From: a virus
Reading direction: 5' to 3' (one strand)
Virus genome (UHGV): UHGV-0222783
DNA length: 35,991 nt
Shown here in pieces: positions 9,939-19,376 of the stretch; position 1 is the stretch's first letter, and each line of letters opens with the position of its first letter. Under the pieces are notes generated by a model. It was not told the DNA's origin. It was given only the letters and a program-made list of their open reading frames with translations, and made no database searches. Both the position numbers and the translations under genes were made by a program.

Positions 9939-10360
9939 CAATGGATTATTCACAGTTAAGTGATTTTGAAATTAACAGACGAGTATGTGAGGCTTTAGAT
10001 ATGGAGGAGCATTTCTTCATACCTGATGACGAAGCAGACTTCGATTCTGAGATCCCCACTGACGAAAGAGGTCCTATTTGGCAGACGCAAAAAAGGGATA
10101 TTAATGGCTTCCGTTCTTCAAACGGAAATTGCTTCAATCCTTGCAATAATCCTGAATACGCGTGGCCAATTATCACTGAAAGCAAAATCAGCACTATGTG
10201 GATGACAGCGGAAAAAGAATGGTGCGCATGGTCAGGAGGTGATTTAGAGGAAGGTTGTTGGGAATGGGAAAATATTCCTGGCTACTACTTCTGCGGTGAA
10301 TCTCCACTCCGCGCCGCCATGATTGTATTTCTCATGATGCAGGACGCCAATAATGCTTAG
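9935..10360 (+). CDS. ninX: NinX-like protein
   Basis: Positional and compositional match to P22-type ninX; ATG 9935 overlaps ninE stop. Confidence 0.55.
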   Translation: MTMDYSQLSDFEINRRVCEALDMEEHFFIPDDEADFDSEIPTDERGPIWQTQKRDINGFRSSNGNCFNPCNNPEYAWPIITESKISTMWMTAEKEWCAWSGGDLEEGCWEWENIPGYYFCGESPLRAAMIVFLMMQDANNA

Positions 10361-10529
10361 CCCATCCCAATCCCTTCAATACCAGAAAGAAAGCGTCGAG
10401 CGGGCATTAACGTGCGCTAACTGCGGTCAGAAGCTGCATGTGCTTGAAGTTCACGTGTGCTCCGATTGCTGCGCAGAACTGATGAGCGATCCGAATAGCT
10501 CAATGTACGAGGAAGAAGACGATGAGTGA
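10353..10529 (+). CDS. ninF: NinF
   Basis: Hand translation [58 protein letters not shown] matches lambda NinF as recalled. Below track cutoff. Confidence 0.75.
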   Translation: MLSPSQSLQYQKESVERALTCANCGQKLHVLEVHVCSDCCAELMSDPNSSMYEEEDDE

Positions 10530-10791
10530 TTTCTCTGAGCTTATTTCCTTCAAAAAAGACAGAGAAGAAATGCGGACTGAATCTGTCTATTACGTTCAAC
10601 ACCGGAATAAACGCTCGGTGCTTGATCAGGAGTTGGTTATTACCGGAGGCCTGGCATTCAGAACATATAAGGCCAGCATGGAAATGAAGGATTTCCCTAA
10701 ATGTGGTTCTGAAAGAGAAGCTGCGTTAAAGCTGGCTGAGTGGATGCAGAGAATGGCTGCTGCAATTGAGAATTACTGGAGTGAACCATAA
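10522..10791 (+). CDS. hypothetical nin-region protein (89 aa)
   Basis: ORF track; ATG 10522 overlaps ninF stop. Confidence 0.5.
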   Translation: MSDFSELISFKKDREEMRTESVYYVQHRNKRSVLDQELVITGGLAFRTYKASMEMKDFPKCGSEREAALKLAEWMQRMAAAIENYWSEP

Positions 10792-11081
10792 TGGCTAACC
10801 TACGCAAAGAAGCACGCGGCAGAGAATGCCAGGTACGTATTTACGGAATATGCAATGGTAATCCTGAAACTACAGTTCTGGCACATTACCGGATGGCTGG
10901 AATTTGCGGAACTGGAATGAAGCCTGACGACCTGATCGGCGCATGGGCTTGTAGCGCGTGTCACGATGAAATCGACCGACGCACCCATAATCTCGACAAC
11001 AAAGACGCCAGACTTTACCACCTCGAAGGCGTGATCAGGACGCAGGCGATACTGCTGAAGGAGGGGAAGATTAAACCATGA
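10791..11081 (+). CDS. YbcO-like (DUF1364) putative nuclease
   Basis: 96 aa with Cys/His cluster (C...C...H...CSACHDE). Size and position match ybcO-like genes upstream of rusA in lambdoid prophages. Confidence 0.6.
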   Translation: MANLRKEARGRECQVRIYGICNGNPETTVLAHYRMAGICGTGMKPDDLIGAWACSACHDEIDRRTHNLDNKDARLYHLEGVIRTQAILLKEGKIKP

Positions 11082-11440
11082 ACGAATATCAGTTTGTGCT
11101 TCCATACCCGCCGTCGCTGAACACCTACTGGCGAAGACGGGGAAGCCAATACTACATCAGCGATAAAGGCCAGAAATACCGAAAAGACGTTCAGCAAATC
11201 ATCCGCCAACTTAAGTTAGACATTTTCACCAAATCACGACTCCGCATCAAAGTCATCGTAGACGTTCCGGACTCCCGCCGTCGCGACCTCGACAACATCC
11301 TGAAAGGTTTACTCGACTCCCTTATCCACGCCGGATTTGCGGAAGACGACGAGCAATTCGATGACATTCGCGTAATTCGTGGCGTGAAAGTACCAGGCGG
11401 AAGGCTTGGAATAAAAATCACCGAACTGGAGAACGCATGA
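11078..11440 (+). CDS. rusA: RusA Holliday-junction resolvase
   Basis: ...VDVPDSRRRDLDNILKGLLDSLIHAGF..DDEQ...GGRLGIKITELE parallels E. coli RusA (PDRRRRDLDN...KGGRLELTITEM). Confidence 0.85.
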   Translation: MNEYQFVLPYPPSLNTYWRRRGSQYYISDKGQKYRKDVQQIIRQLKLDIFTKSRLRIKVIVDVPDSRRRDLDNILKGLLDSLIHAGFAEDDEQFDDIRVIRGVKVPGGRLGIKITELENA

Positions 11441-11625
11441 ACGCCACAATTCAAACGATACCAGAGCTTCTTATCCAGACACGAGGCAATCAGACCGAAG
11501 TGGCAAGGATGCTTTCCTGCGCAAGAGGAACAGTGCTCAAGTACAACCGAGACAGCAAAGGCGAGCGTCACGTAATAGTTAACGGCGTCCTGATGGTCAA
11601 ACAGGGCAAAAGGGGAAGGCCATGA
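11437..11625 (+). CDS. ninH: NinH
   Basis: ...GNQTEVARMLSCARGTVLKYNRD... parallels lambda NinH (GNQTEVARRLKCSRGTVRKY). Confidence 0.75.
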   Translation: MNATIQTIPELLIQTRGNQTEVARMLSCARGTVLKYNRDSKGERHVIVNGVLMVKQGKRGRP

Positions 11626-12245
11626 GACTCGAAAGCGCAGCTAAATTTCATTCGCCAAAAAGCCCGATGATGAGCGACTCACCACGGGCTACGGCTTCTG
11701 ACTCTCTTTCCGGTACTGATGTGATGGCTGCTATGGGGATGGCGCAATCACAAGCCGGATTCGGAATGGCTGCATTCTGTGGTAAGCACGAACTCAGCCA
11801 GAACGACAAACAAAAGGCTATCAACTATCTGATGCAATTTGCACACAAGGTATCGGGGAAATACCGTGGCGTTGCAAAGCTTGAAGGAAATACTAAGGCA
11901 AAGGTACTGCAAGTGCTCGCAACATTCGCTTATGCGGATTATTGCCGTAGTGCCGCGACGCCGGGCGCAAGATGCAGAGATTGCCACGGTACAGGCCGTG
12001 CGGTTGATATAGCCAAAACAGAGCAGTGGGGGAGAGTTGTTGAGAAAGAGTGCGGAAGATGCAAAGGTGTCGGCTATTCAAGAATGCCAGCAAGCGCCGC
12101 ATATCGCGCTGTAACGATGCTAATCCCAAACCTTACTCAACCCACCTGGTCACGCACTGTTAAGCCGCTGTATGACGCTCTGGTGGTGCAATGCCACAAA
12201 GAAGAGTCAATCGCAGACAACATTTTGAATGCGGTCACACGTTAA
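11622..12245 (+). CDS. Q: late antiterminator Q (lambda Q type)
   Basis: 207 aa, MRLESAAKFHSPKSPMMSDSPRATASDSLSGTDVMAAM... with zinc-finger cysteines (CRDCHGTG...CGRCKG), as recalled for lambda Q. Confidence 0.9.
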   Translation: MRLESAAKFHSPKSPMMSDSPRATASDSLSGTDVMAAMGMAQSQAGFGMAAFCGKHELSQNDKQKAINYLMQFAHKVSGKYRGVAKLEGNTKAKVLQVLATFAYADYCRSAATPGARCRDCHGTGRAVDIAKTEQWGRVVEKECGRCKGVGYSRMPASAAYRAVTMLIPNLTQPTWSRTVKPLYDALVVQCHKEESIADNILNAVTR

Positions 12246-12287
12246 CAGCATGATTGCCACGGATGGCAACATATTAACGGCATAATA

Positions 12288-12316
12288 TTGACTTTTTGAA
12301 TAAAGTTGGGTAAATT
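12288..12316 (+). promoter_or_regulatory. late promoter pR' (with downstream qut region)
   Basis: TTGACT (12288..12293), 17-bp spacer, TAAATT (12311..12316), directly after Q as in lambda. Confidence 0.6.
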
Positions 12317-12457
12317 TGACCCAACGATGGGTTAATTCGCTCGTTGTGGTAGTGAGATGAAAAGAGGCGGCGCTTACTACCGATTCCGCCTAGTTGGTCA
12401 CTTCGACGTATCGTCTGGAACTCCAACCATCGCAGGCTGAGAGGTCTGCAAAATGCA

Positions 12458-12519
12458 ATCCCGAAACAGTTCGCAGGTAATAGTTAGAGCCTGCACAACG
12501 GTTTCGGGATTTTTTATTT
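12458..12519 (+). terminator. tR'-like intrinsic terminator
   Basis: Inverted repeat atcccgaaac / gtttcgggat (12458..12467 and 12501..12510) enclosing a smaller hairpin, followed by tttttattt. Confidence 0.6.
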
Positions 12520-12594
12520 GGGTCAGTCGTATAAAGGTCATTACGGAAGGCTGTTAACCTTCTTATCGTGGTTCGAGTCCACGCTGTCCCGCCA
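12520..12594 (+). tRNA. tRNA-like gene, anticodon GUU (Asn-like); may be degenerate
   Basis: Hand-folded cloverleaf: acceptor gggtcag/ctgtccc (one T-T mismatch), D-loop with GG, perfect anticodon stem gaagg/ccttc with loop ctGTTaa, T-arm cgtgg-ttcgagt-ccacg, discriminator G, encoded CCA. Parallels E. coli tRNA-Asn loops. Confidence 0.5.
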
Positions 12595-12599
12595 AATAT

Positions 12600-12675
12600 G
12601 CTGGTTTAGCTCCAATGGTAGAGCGGTCGCCTTGTAAGCGAATGGGTAGCGGTTCAAGTCCGTTAACCAGCACCA
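12600..12675 (+). tRNA. tRNA gene, anticodon UGU (Thr)
   Basis: Perfect 7-bp acceptor gctggtt/aaccagc, U8, D-stem gctc/gagc with GG in loop, anticodon loop cTTGTaa, T-arm agcgg-ttcaagt-ccgtt, discriminator A, encoded CCA. Confidence 0.65.
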
Positions 12676-12917
12676 TAACTGAGCCGTAGCCACTGGCTAT
12701 CCTGAACTCATCAGTGATAGTTACGCTGCGGCCTTCTACACATGACCTTCGTGAAAGCGGGTGGCAAGAGGCTGCGCTAACAACCTCCTGCCGTTTTGCC
12801 CGTGCATATCGGTCACGAACAAATCTGATTACTAAACACAGTAGCCTGGATTTGTTCTATCAGTAATCGACCTTATTCCTAATTAAATAGAGCAAATCCC
12901 CTTATTGGGGGTAAGAC

Positions 12918-13241
12918 ATGAAGATGCCAGAAAAACATGACCTGTTAGCCGCCATTCTCGCGGCAAAGGAACAAGGCATCGGGGCAATCCTTGCGTTTGC
13001 AATGGCGTACCTTCGCGGCAGATATAATGGCGGTGCGTTTACAAAAACAGTAATCGACGCAACGATGTGCGCCATTATCGCCTGGTTCATTCGTGACCTT
13101 CTCGACTTCGCCGGACTAAGTAGCAATCTCGCTTATATAACGAGCGTGTTCATCGGCTACATCGGCACTGACTCGATAGGTTCGCTTATCAAACGCTTCG
13201 CTGCTAAAAAAGCCGGAGTAGAAGATGGTGGAAATCAATAA
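12918..13241 (+). CDS. S: class I holin S (lambda S107/S105 type, dual-start MKM)
   Basis: [45 protein letters not shown]... matches lambda S as recalled. Dual-start motif Met1-Lys2-Met3. Confidence 0.95.
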   Translation: MKMPEKHDLLAAILAAKEQGIGAILAFAMAYLRGRYNGGAFTKTVIDATMCAIIAWFIRDLLDFAGLSSNLAYITSVFIGYIGTDSIGSLIKRFAAKKAGVEDGGNQ

Positions 13242-13701
13242 TCAACGTAAGGCGTTCCTCGATATGCTGGCGTGGTCAGAGGGAACTGATAACGGACGTC
13301 AGAAAACCAGAAATCATGGTTATGACGTCATTGTTGGCGGAGAGCTATTCACTGATTACTCCGATCACCCTCGCAAACTTGTCACGCTAAACCCCAAACT
13401 CAAATCAACAGCAGCCGGACGTTACCAGCTTCTTTCCCGTTGGTGGGATGCCTATCGTAAGCAGCTTGGCCTGAAAGACTTCTCTCCTAAAAGCCAGGAT
13501 GCTGTTGCATTGCAGCAGATTAAGGAGCGTGGCGCTTTGCCGATGATTGATCGCGGTGATATCCGTCAGGCTATCGACCGTTGCAGCAATATCTGGGCTT
13601 CACTGCCGGGCGCTGGTTATGGTCAGTTCGAGCATAAGGCTGACAGCCTGATTGCAAAATTCAAAGAGGCTGGCGGAACGGTCAGAGAGATTGAGGTATG
13701 A
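13225..13701 (+). CDS. R: endolysin R (lytic transglycosylase, lambda R type)
   Basis: 158 aa, [45 protein letters not shown]... matches lambda R as recalled. Confidence 0.95.
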   Translation: MVEINNQRKAFLDMLAWSEGTDNGRQKTRNHGYDVIVGGELFTDYSDHPRKLVTLNPKLKSTAAGRYQLLSRWWDAYRKQLGLKDFSPKSQDAVALQQIKERGALPMIDRGDIRQAIDRCSNIWASLPGAGYGQFEHKADSLIAKFKEAGGTVREIEV

Positions 13702-14135
13702 GCAGAGTAACCGCGATTATCTCCGCTCTGGTTATTTGCTTCATCGTCTGCCTGTCATGGGCTGTTAATCATTACCGTGATAACGCCATCGCCTACAAAG
13801 AACAGCGTGATAAGGCCGCATCCACAATTGCTGACATGCAGAAGCGTCAACGTGATGTAGCAGAACTCGACGCCAGATACACAAAGGAGCTTGCTGATGC
13901 TAACGCGACTATCGAAAGTCTCCGTGCTGATGTTTCTGCTGGGCGTAAGCGCCTGCAAGTCGCCGCCACCTGTGCAAAGTCAACGACCGGAGCCAGCAGC
14001 ATGGGCGATGGAGAAAGCCCAAGACTTACAGCAGATGCTGAACTCAATTATTACCGTCTCCGAAGTGGAATCGACAGGATAACCGCGCAGGTTAACTACC
14101 TGCAGGAATACATCAGGACGCAATGCCTTCGATGA
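13698..14135 (+). CDS. Rz: spanin inner-membrane subunit Rz
   Basis: N-terminal TM segment, coiled-coil body; similar to lambda Rz ([14 protein letters not shown]...[10 protein letters not shown]). Confidence 0.85.
   Translation: MSRVTAIISALVICFIVCLSWAVNHYRDNAIAYKEQRDKAASTIADMQKRQRDVAELDARYTKELADANATIESLRADVSAGRKRLQVAATCAKSTTGASSMGDGESPRLTADAELNYYRLRSGIDRITAQVNYLQEYIRTQCLR
13897..14082 (+). CDS. Rz1: spanin outer-membrane lipoprotein Rz1 (embedded in Rz, +1 frame)
   Basis: ATG 13897 after AAGGAG. Signal peptide with lipobox ...LLGVSAC, Pro-rich mature part ([13 protein letters not shown]); fully nested in Rz. Confidence 0.8.
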   Translation: MLTRLSKVSVLMFLLGVSACKSPPPVQSQRPEPAAWAMEKAQDLQQMLNSIITVSEVESTG

Positions 14136-14513
14136 TAGCGATAATTTTACTCATCATCCTTCACATCTGGCTCTGTAGACAGGGTGGTGATCACTTCTGG
14201 AGTGAATCCAGATTAAACATCTCATTGCTGATGCTTGATATTGAGCATCTGGCGCGCGGTAAGGGGCTGCGTTGAGATAAGAGCCAGTTCATTACAAAGC
14301 CTATCTACTGGTGGGCTTGATAATGAAACCGGAATTTATTCTGGGTAACCAGTTACGGCAGTACAGCGAAACAACCCAAGCCAGAAAGTGGGGAAATAAC
14401 ACTGTCAGCCACTGAAAGATGAACCTCCTGCCTTATGGCAAAAAAGATTCTTTGTGGTGGCGGACTGATGGAAAGACATCCTAATCAAGCAACCACTCTA
14501 CAGGGTCATAATT

Positions 14514-14885
14514 ATGAACGACAAGCAAATTGAAAAAGAAATCGCAGCCAAGGGTAAGACGGCGGCTCGCGTTACTCCTGAACACATTGCCAGCATAATC
14601 GCCAGCGAACATTACTTTACGGCCGCTGATGGTGCTCGCTTTGCTCATGTGCAGAGAAGCGAAACATACAGCGTAAAAATCCCAGACCAGCCTGACGAGC
14701 TGGAGCTGCTGACATTCTGCGTTCTGGTGCTGAAGAATGGCTTTACGGTCACCGGGGAAAGCGCCTGCGCCAGCCCAGAGAACTTCGATGAAGAAATCGG
14801 GCGCAAGATTGCTCGCCAGAATGCTGTAAACAAAATCTGGATGCTTGAAGGTTACTTGCTGAAGCAGAAGCTAAGCGAACAGTAG
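14514..14885 (+). CDS. hypothetical protein (123 aa) between lysis and packaging modules
   Basis: ORF track; ATG 14514. Flanked by similar ~35-bp hairpin-containing direct repeats. Confidence 0.5.
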   Translation: MNDKQIEKEIAAKGKTAARVTPEHIASIIASEHYFTAADGARFAHVQRSETYSVKIPDQPDELELLTFCVLVLKNGFTVTGESACASPENFDEEIGRKIARQNAVNKIWMLEGYLLKQKLSEQ

Positions 14886-14988
14886 TTATTACAAAAGCCA
14901 TTCCCTACAGAGTGGCTTTGATAATGGCTTATACCCTACACGGGATAACTTAACTGATATCCCTTTTAACGGATAAACGGAGCCAACA

Positions 14989-15231
14989 ATGGCAGAGATT
15001 ATTCCCATGACTGAAGAACAGAAATTCCAGTTAGAGATTTACAAACTGGTCATGAACCAGAACGCAGCCGCAGAAGAAGCATTTCAGTTCATTGGCACTG
15101 ACGAGTTGAAGCTTGAGCTATTCAAAATTCACTTCCAGTCAGGCGGCGCTAATTCAGATATCACTACCCGCACTATCGAAGCGGTGCGTAAATCGAAGGA
15201 AGCGTTATACCTGTTCACCACCGGAGCATAA
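14989..15231 (+). CDS. hypothetical protein (80 aa)
   Basis: ORF track; SD-like ACGGAG upstream; directly precedes the small terminase. Confidence 0.4.
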   Translation: MAEIIPMTEEQKFQLEIYKLVMNQNAAAEEAFQFIGTDELKLELFKIHFQSGGANSDITTRTIEAVRKSKEALYLFTTGA

Positions 15232-15233
15232 AC

Positions 15234-15674
15234 ATGGCGCGCCCAACAAAGTATCAAGAGGCGTATGCCGAACAGGCACGCAAACTGTGCTTGCTGGGCT
15301 ACACCGATGCAGAGCTTGCTGATTTCTTCGAAGTCAGTGAGTCAACTATTAACAAGTGGAAGCTTGATTATCCTGAGTTTTCGGAGTCCATAAAAAAGGG
15401 TAAGGCCGTCGCTGATGCAGAAGTTAGTGACCGTCTTTATCAACGCGCTATGGGCTTCGTGGCTCCAGACATCGATATTCGTGTTATTGAAAACAGAATT
15501 GTCGAAACTCCGCTTGAGAAGTATTACCCGCCTGATACAACTGCCGCCATCTTCTGGCTTAAGAACCGACAGAAGGATAAATGGCGCGACAAGGTTGATC
15601 ACGAGCTAACAGGCAAAGACGGCGGCGCAATTCAGATTGAAACATCACCGATGAGCACTCTGTTCGGAAAATGA
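15234..15674 (+). CDS. terminase small subunit (Sf6 gp1-like)
   Basis: 146 aa with N-terminal HTH-like segment; C-terminal ...GKDGGAIQIETSPMSTLFGK as recalled for Sf6-type TerS; immediately upstream of and overlapping TerL. Confidence 0.7.
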   Translation: MARPTKYQEAYAEQARKLCLLGYTDAELADFFEVSESTINKWKLDYPEFSESIKKGKAVADAEVSDRLYQRAMGFVAPDIDIRVIENRIVETPLEKYYPPDTTAAIFWLKNRQKDKWRDKVDHELTGKDGGAIQIETSPMSTLFGK

Positions 15675-17086
15675 CCTCGATTAATCCTATCTTTGAACCG
15701 TTCATTGAGGCGCATCGCTACAAAGTCGCCAAAGGCGGTCGAGGTAGCGGTAAATCATGGGCAATTGCGAGGCTGCTTGTTGAAGCGGCGCGTCGTCAGC
15801 CAGTGCGTATTCTTTGCGCTCGTGAACTGCAAAACAGTATCAGCGATTCGGTAATCCGGCTGCTTGAAGACACCATCGAGCGTGAAGGATATTCGGCTGA
15901 GTTTGAAATTCAGCGTTCAATGATTCGTCATCTCGGAACGAATGCTGAATTCATGTTCTACGGCATCAAAAACAACCCGACGAAGATTAAATCGCTCGAA
16001 GGTATTGATATCTGCTGGGTGGAAGAAGCGGAAGCGGTAACGAAGGAATCATGGGATATCCTGATACCAACCATCCGTAAGCCGTTCTCTGAAATATGGG
16101 TGAGCTTTAACCCGAAGAACATACTCGACGATACCTATCAGCGATTCGTCGTAAATCCTCCTGATGATATTTGCCTGTTGACGGTGAACTACACCGACAA
16201 CCCGCACTTTCCTGAAGTTCTCCGTCTGGAGATGGAAGAGTGTAAACGCAGAAATCCGACACTGTATCGTCACATCTGGCTTGGTGAGCCAGTGAGCGCA
16301 AGTGATATGGCAATTATCAAACGTGAATGGCTTGAAGCCGCAACCGATGCGCACAAGAAACTCGGATGGAAAGCGAAAGGCGCTGTTGTCTCTGCGCATG
16401 ACCCATCAGATACAGGGCCAGATGCTAAAGGTTATGCATCGCGTCACGGTTCGGTAGTTAAGCGCATTGCCGAAGGTCTGCTGATGGACATCAACGAGGG
16501 TGCTGACTGGGCTACTTCGCTGGCGATTGAAGACGGCGCTGACCATTACCTGTGGGATGGTGATGGTGTTGGTGCCGGGCTACGCAGACAGACAACGGAA
16601 GCGTTTTCCGGCAAGAAAATCACCGCCACGATGTTCAAGGGCAGCGAATCGCCATTCGATGAAGATGCACCGTATCAAGCCGGAGCATGGGCTGATGAAG
16701 TCGTACAGGGTGACAACGTTCGCACTATTGGCGATGTGTTCCGCAATAAGCGAGCACAATTCTATTACGCGCTGGCTGACAGGCTGTATCTGACATATCG
16801 GGCGGTTGTCTACGGTGAGTATGCAGACCCCGACGACATGCTGAGCTTCGACAAAGAAGCGATAGGCGAGAAGATGCTGGAGAAGCTGTTTGCAGAATTG
16901 ACGCAGATTCAGCGCAAATTCAATAACAACGGGAAGCTGGAGCTAATGACTAAGGTCGAAATGAAGCAGAAGCTCGGTATTCCATCTCCTAACCTGGCTG
17001 ATGCGCTGATGATGTGTATGCATTGCCCGGAGTCGGCTGCGCAACCCGACTATTCCAGTTACTCAATTCCTTGTGGTGTAGGTTGA
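15671..17086 (+). CDS. terminase large subunit (headful packaging type)
   Basis: 471 aa; Walker A KVAKGGRGSGKSWA, Walker B-like ICWVEEAEAV, C-terminal nuclease domain. Confidence 0.9.
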   Translation: MTSINPIFEPFIEAHRYKVAKGGRGSGKSWAIARLLVEAARRQPVRILCARELQNSISDSVIRLLEDTIEREGYSAEFEIQRSMIRHLGTNAEFMFYGIKNNPTKIKSLEGIDICWVEEAEAVTKESWDILIPTIRKPFSEIWVSFNPKNILDDTYQRFVVNPPDDICLLTVNYTDNPHFPEVLRLEMEECKRRNPTLYRHIWLGEPVSASDMAIIKREWLEAATDAHKKLGWKAKGAVVSAHDPSDTGPDAKGYASRHGSVVKRIAEGLLMDINEGADWATSLAIEDGADHYLWDGDGVGAGLRRQTTEAFSGKKITATMFKGSESPFDEDAPYQAGAWADEVVQGDNVRTIGDVFRNKRAQFYYALADRLYLTYRAVVYGEYADPDDMLSFDKEAIGEKMLEKLFAELTQIQRKFNNNGKLELMTKVEMKQKLGIPSPNLADALMMCMHCPESAAQPDYSSYSIPCGVG

Positions 17087-17087
17087 T

Positions 17088-19286
17088 ATGGCAGAAAAAA
17101 AGATGACTGACTGGCATCGCAAGGTGCTGTGCAACTTTGATAATGCCTGGTCAGCAACGCAGGATATGCGTGAGCAGATTATTGAGGCTCAGCGTTTCGT
17201 CCGGGTGTCCGGCGCACAGTGGGAAGGCAGCACAAACGCTGGTTACTCATTTGATGAAGGCAGGTTTGAGCATTATCCGCGTTTTGAACTGAATAAGATT
17301 TCCCGTGAATGTGATCGCATCATTGGCGAGTATCGACAGAATCGCATCAGCGTTAAATTCAGGCCGAAGGATGACAAGGCATCGGAAGCTTTAGCCGAAA
17401 AAATGAACGGCAAATTCCGCGCTGACTATCAGGAAACATCCGGTGGCGAAGCGTGTGATAACGCATTTGATGATGCCGTAACGGGTGGATTCGGTTGTTT
17501 CCGCATGTGTGCCGATTACGAAGATGAAATGGATCCGAGTAACGAGCAGCGCCGCATCAGCCTTCTTCCTGTTTACGACCCAGCGACATGCGTCTTCTTT
17601 GATCAGGACAGCAAGCAATATGACCGCTCTGATGCTATGTGGGCTATGGAAATGTTCTCCATGACGCCTAAAGCGTTCGAGGCTGAATACCCTGATTCCA
17701 TCGCGGCAAGCCTTTCTCGTGATGACACTGGCACTCAATATGACTGGTCAACGCCAGATGCCATCTATGTTGGACGTTACTACGAAGTCCGCATAGAGAA
17801 GGTGAAGCTCACGGCGTGGCGCAACCCTGTTAGCGGAGAAACGGCAATCTATGATGAAGATCAAATCAAAGATATTGTCGACGAGCTAACCGATGGCGCA
17901 TTCGAACTGATTGGTGAGCGAACGGTGAAGAAACGCCGCGTTTATTGCGGCCTTCTGTCTGGCGCTGAATGGCTGGAAGAACCGAAGCGTATTCCGGGCG
18001 AACATATTCCACTCATCCCGGTATATGGGCGTCGCTCATTTGTTGATAATCAGGAGCGAATCGAAGGCCACGCAGCAAAAGCGATGGATGCACAGCGTCT
18101 TGAGAACCTGATGGTTTCCATGATTGCAGATAACGCCACTCAGGCTGGCGGTGATGGCATTCCTATCGTGGATGTTGATTTCATTCCCGGCCCATTAATG
18201 AATCACTGGGCAGAGAGGAATAAGAAAAGACCTGCAGTTCTTCCTATGACCAGCAAGAAGGACAAAAACGGAACAGTCATTTCAGAAGCTCAGGTTGCTG
18301 GCTGGACACCTCCGACACAAATGCCGCCAGCTCTTGCCGGGCTATTGCAGTACACCGGAACGGCTATTCAGCAAATTACAGGTGCGTCGCAGCTTGAGAA
18401 CATGCCGAGCAACGTCGCTACCGATACCGTTGATAGCATCTTTAACCGGATGGACACGCAGTCCTATATCTACATGGACAACATGGCTAAATCCATGCGC
18501 CGTGCTGGCGTCGTGTGGCTTTCTATGGCTCGTGAAGTCTATGGCAGCGATACGCCAATGCGCATCGTTAATGAGGATGGCAGCGATGACGTGGCGCTGA
18601 TGACTGGTGAAGTGGTTGACCGTCAGACAGGGCAGGTTATCGCGCTTAACGACCTTTCGCAGGGTAACTATGAAGTGACTGTCGATGTCGGTCAGTCGTT
18701 CGCTACTCGCCGTGACGCAACGGTTAAGTCGTTACTTTCCATGCTGGCACTTATCCCGCCCGGAACGCCGAAACACGACCTTGTATCGTCGATGATCCTC
18801 GACAATATGGACGGCGAAGGGATGGACGACCTTAAAGAATACAACCGCAATCAGTTGCTTCTGTCTGGAGTTATCAAGCCGAGAACGCCAGAAGAACAGC
18901 AGATGGTTGAGCAGGCGAAACAACAACAGGCCAGTCAGCCAGATCCGGCTATGGTTGCTGCGCAAGGTCAGCTTCTTGCTGGTCAGGCTGAATTGCAGAA
19001 AGCGCAGAACGAGCAGGCAGCCATTCAGGTTAAAGCATTCCAGGCACAGACTGATGCTCAGGTTGCAGCGGCAAATGTTGTGAAAATCCTCGCATCTGCC
19101 GATAGCCAGCAGAAATCTGATATCCGCGAGGCTCTGAAACTGCTCGGACAGTTCCAGCAACAGCAAGGAGACAATGCCCGTGCTGATGCAGAGCTTGTCC
19201 TGAAAAGTCAGGCACAGGGCCATGCGCAGCGCATGGACATCAGCAGCATCCTGCAAAAATCAACTCAGCAACAACCACAGCAGTAA
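17088..19286 (+). CDS. portal protein (P22 gp1-like)
   Basis: 732 aa; long C-terminal helical, Gln-rich tail (..QQQGDNARADAELVLKSQAQ...QQQPQQ) as in the P22 portal barrel; follows TerL. Confidence 0.85.
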   Translation: MAEKKMTDWHRKVLCNFDNAWSATQDMREQIIEAQRFVRVSGAQWEGSTNAGYSFDEGRFEHYPRFELNKISRECDRIIGEYRQNRISVKFRPKDDKASEALAEKMNGKFRADYQETSGGEACDNAFDDAVTGGFGCFRMCADYEDEMDPSNEQRRISLLPVYDPATCVFFDQDSKQYDRSDAMWAMEMFSMTPKAFEAEYPDSIAASLSRDDTGTQYDWSTPDAIYVGRYYEVRIEKVKLTAWRNPVSGETAIYDEDQIKDIVDELTDGAFELIGERTVKKRRVYCGLLSGAEWLEEPKRIPGEHIPLIPVYGRRSFVDNQERIEGHAAKAMDAQRLENLMVSMIADNATQAGGDGIPIVDVDFIPGPLMNHWAERNKKRPAVLPMTSKKDKNGTVISEAQVAGWTPPTQMPPALAGLLQYTGTAIQQITGASQLENMPSNVATDTVDSIFNRMDTQSYIYMDNMAKSMRRAGVVWLSMAREVYGSDTPMRIVNEDGSDDVALMTGEVVDRQTGQVIALNDLSQGNYEVTVDVGQSFATRRDATVKSLLSMLALIPPGTPKHDLVSSMILDNMDGEGMDDLKEYNRNQLLLSGVIKPRTPEEQQMVEQAKQQQASQPDPAMVAAQGQLLAGQAELQKAQNEQAAIQVKAFQAQTDAQVAAANVVKILASADSQQKSDIREALKLLGQFQQQQGDNARADAELVLKSQAQGHAQRMDISSILQKSTQQQPQQ

Positions 19287-19376
19287 TTAACCCATAACGT
19301 GCAATGGCTGTCTTTATGAGGCCTGGCACCCTATTGCCTTCCGATGGGCTGAACATCGAGTAAACAGGGGTAACAA

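Noticed and set aside
12520-12917. Possible Shiga-toxin or other cargo gene following the tRNA genes (as in Stx phages)
   Set aside because: No ORF of suitable size lies between the tRNAs and the holin; the remaining ~240 bp looks like the ordinary lambda-type S leader.
13891-13896. TTG start for Rz1 as given by the ORF track
   Set aside because: An in-frame ATG at 13897 sits 7 nt after an AAGGAG SD and gives a lipoprotein signal peptide of normal length; the ATG start is preferred.
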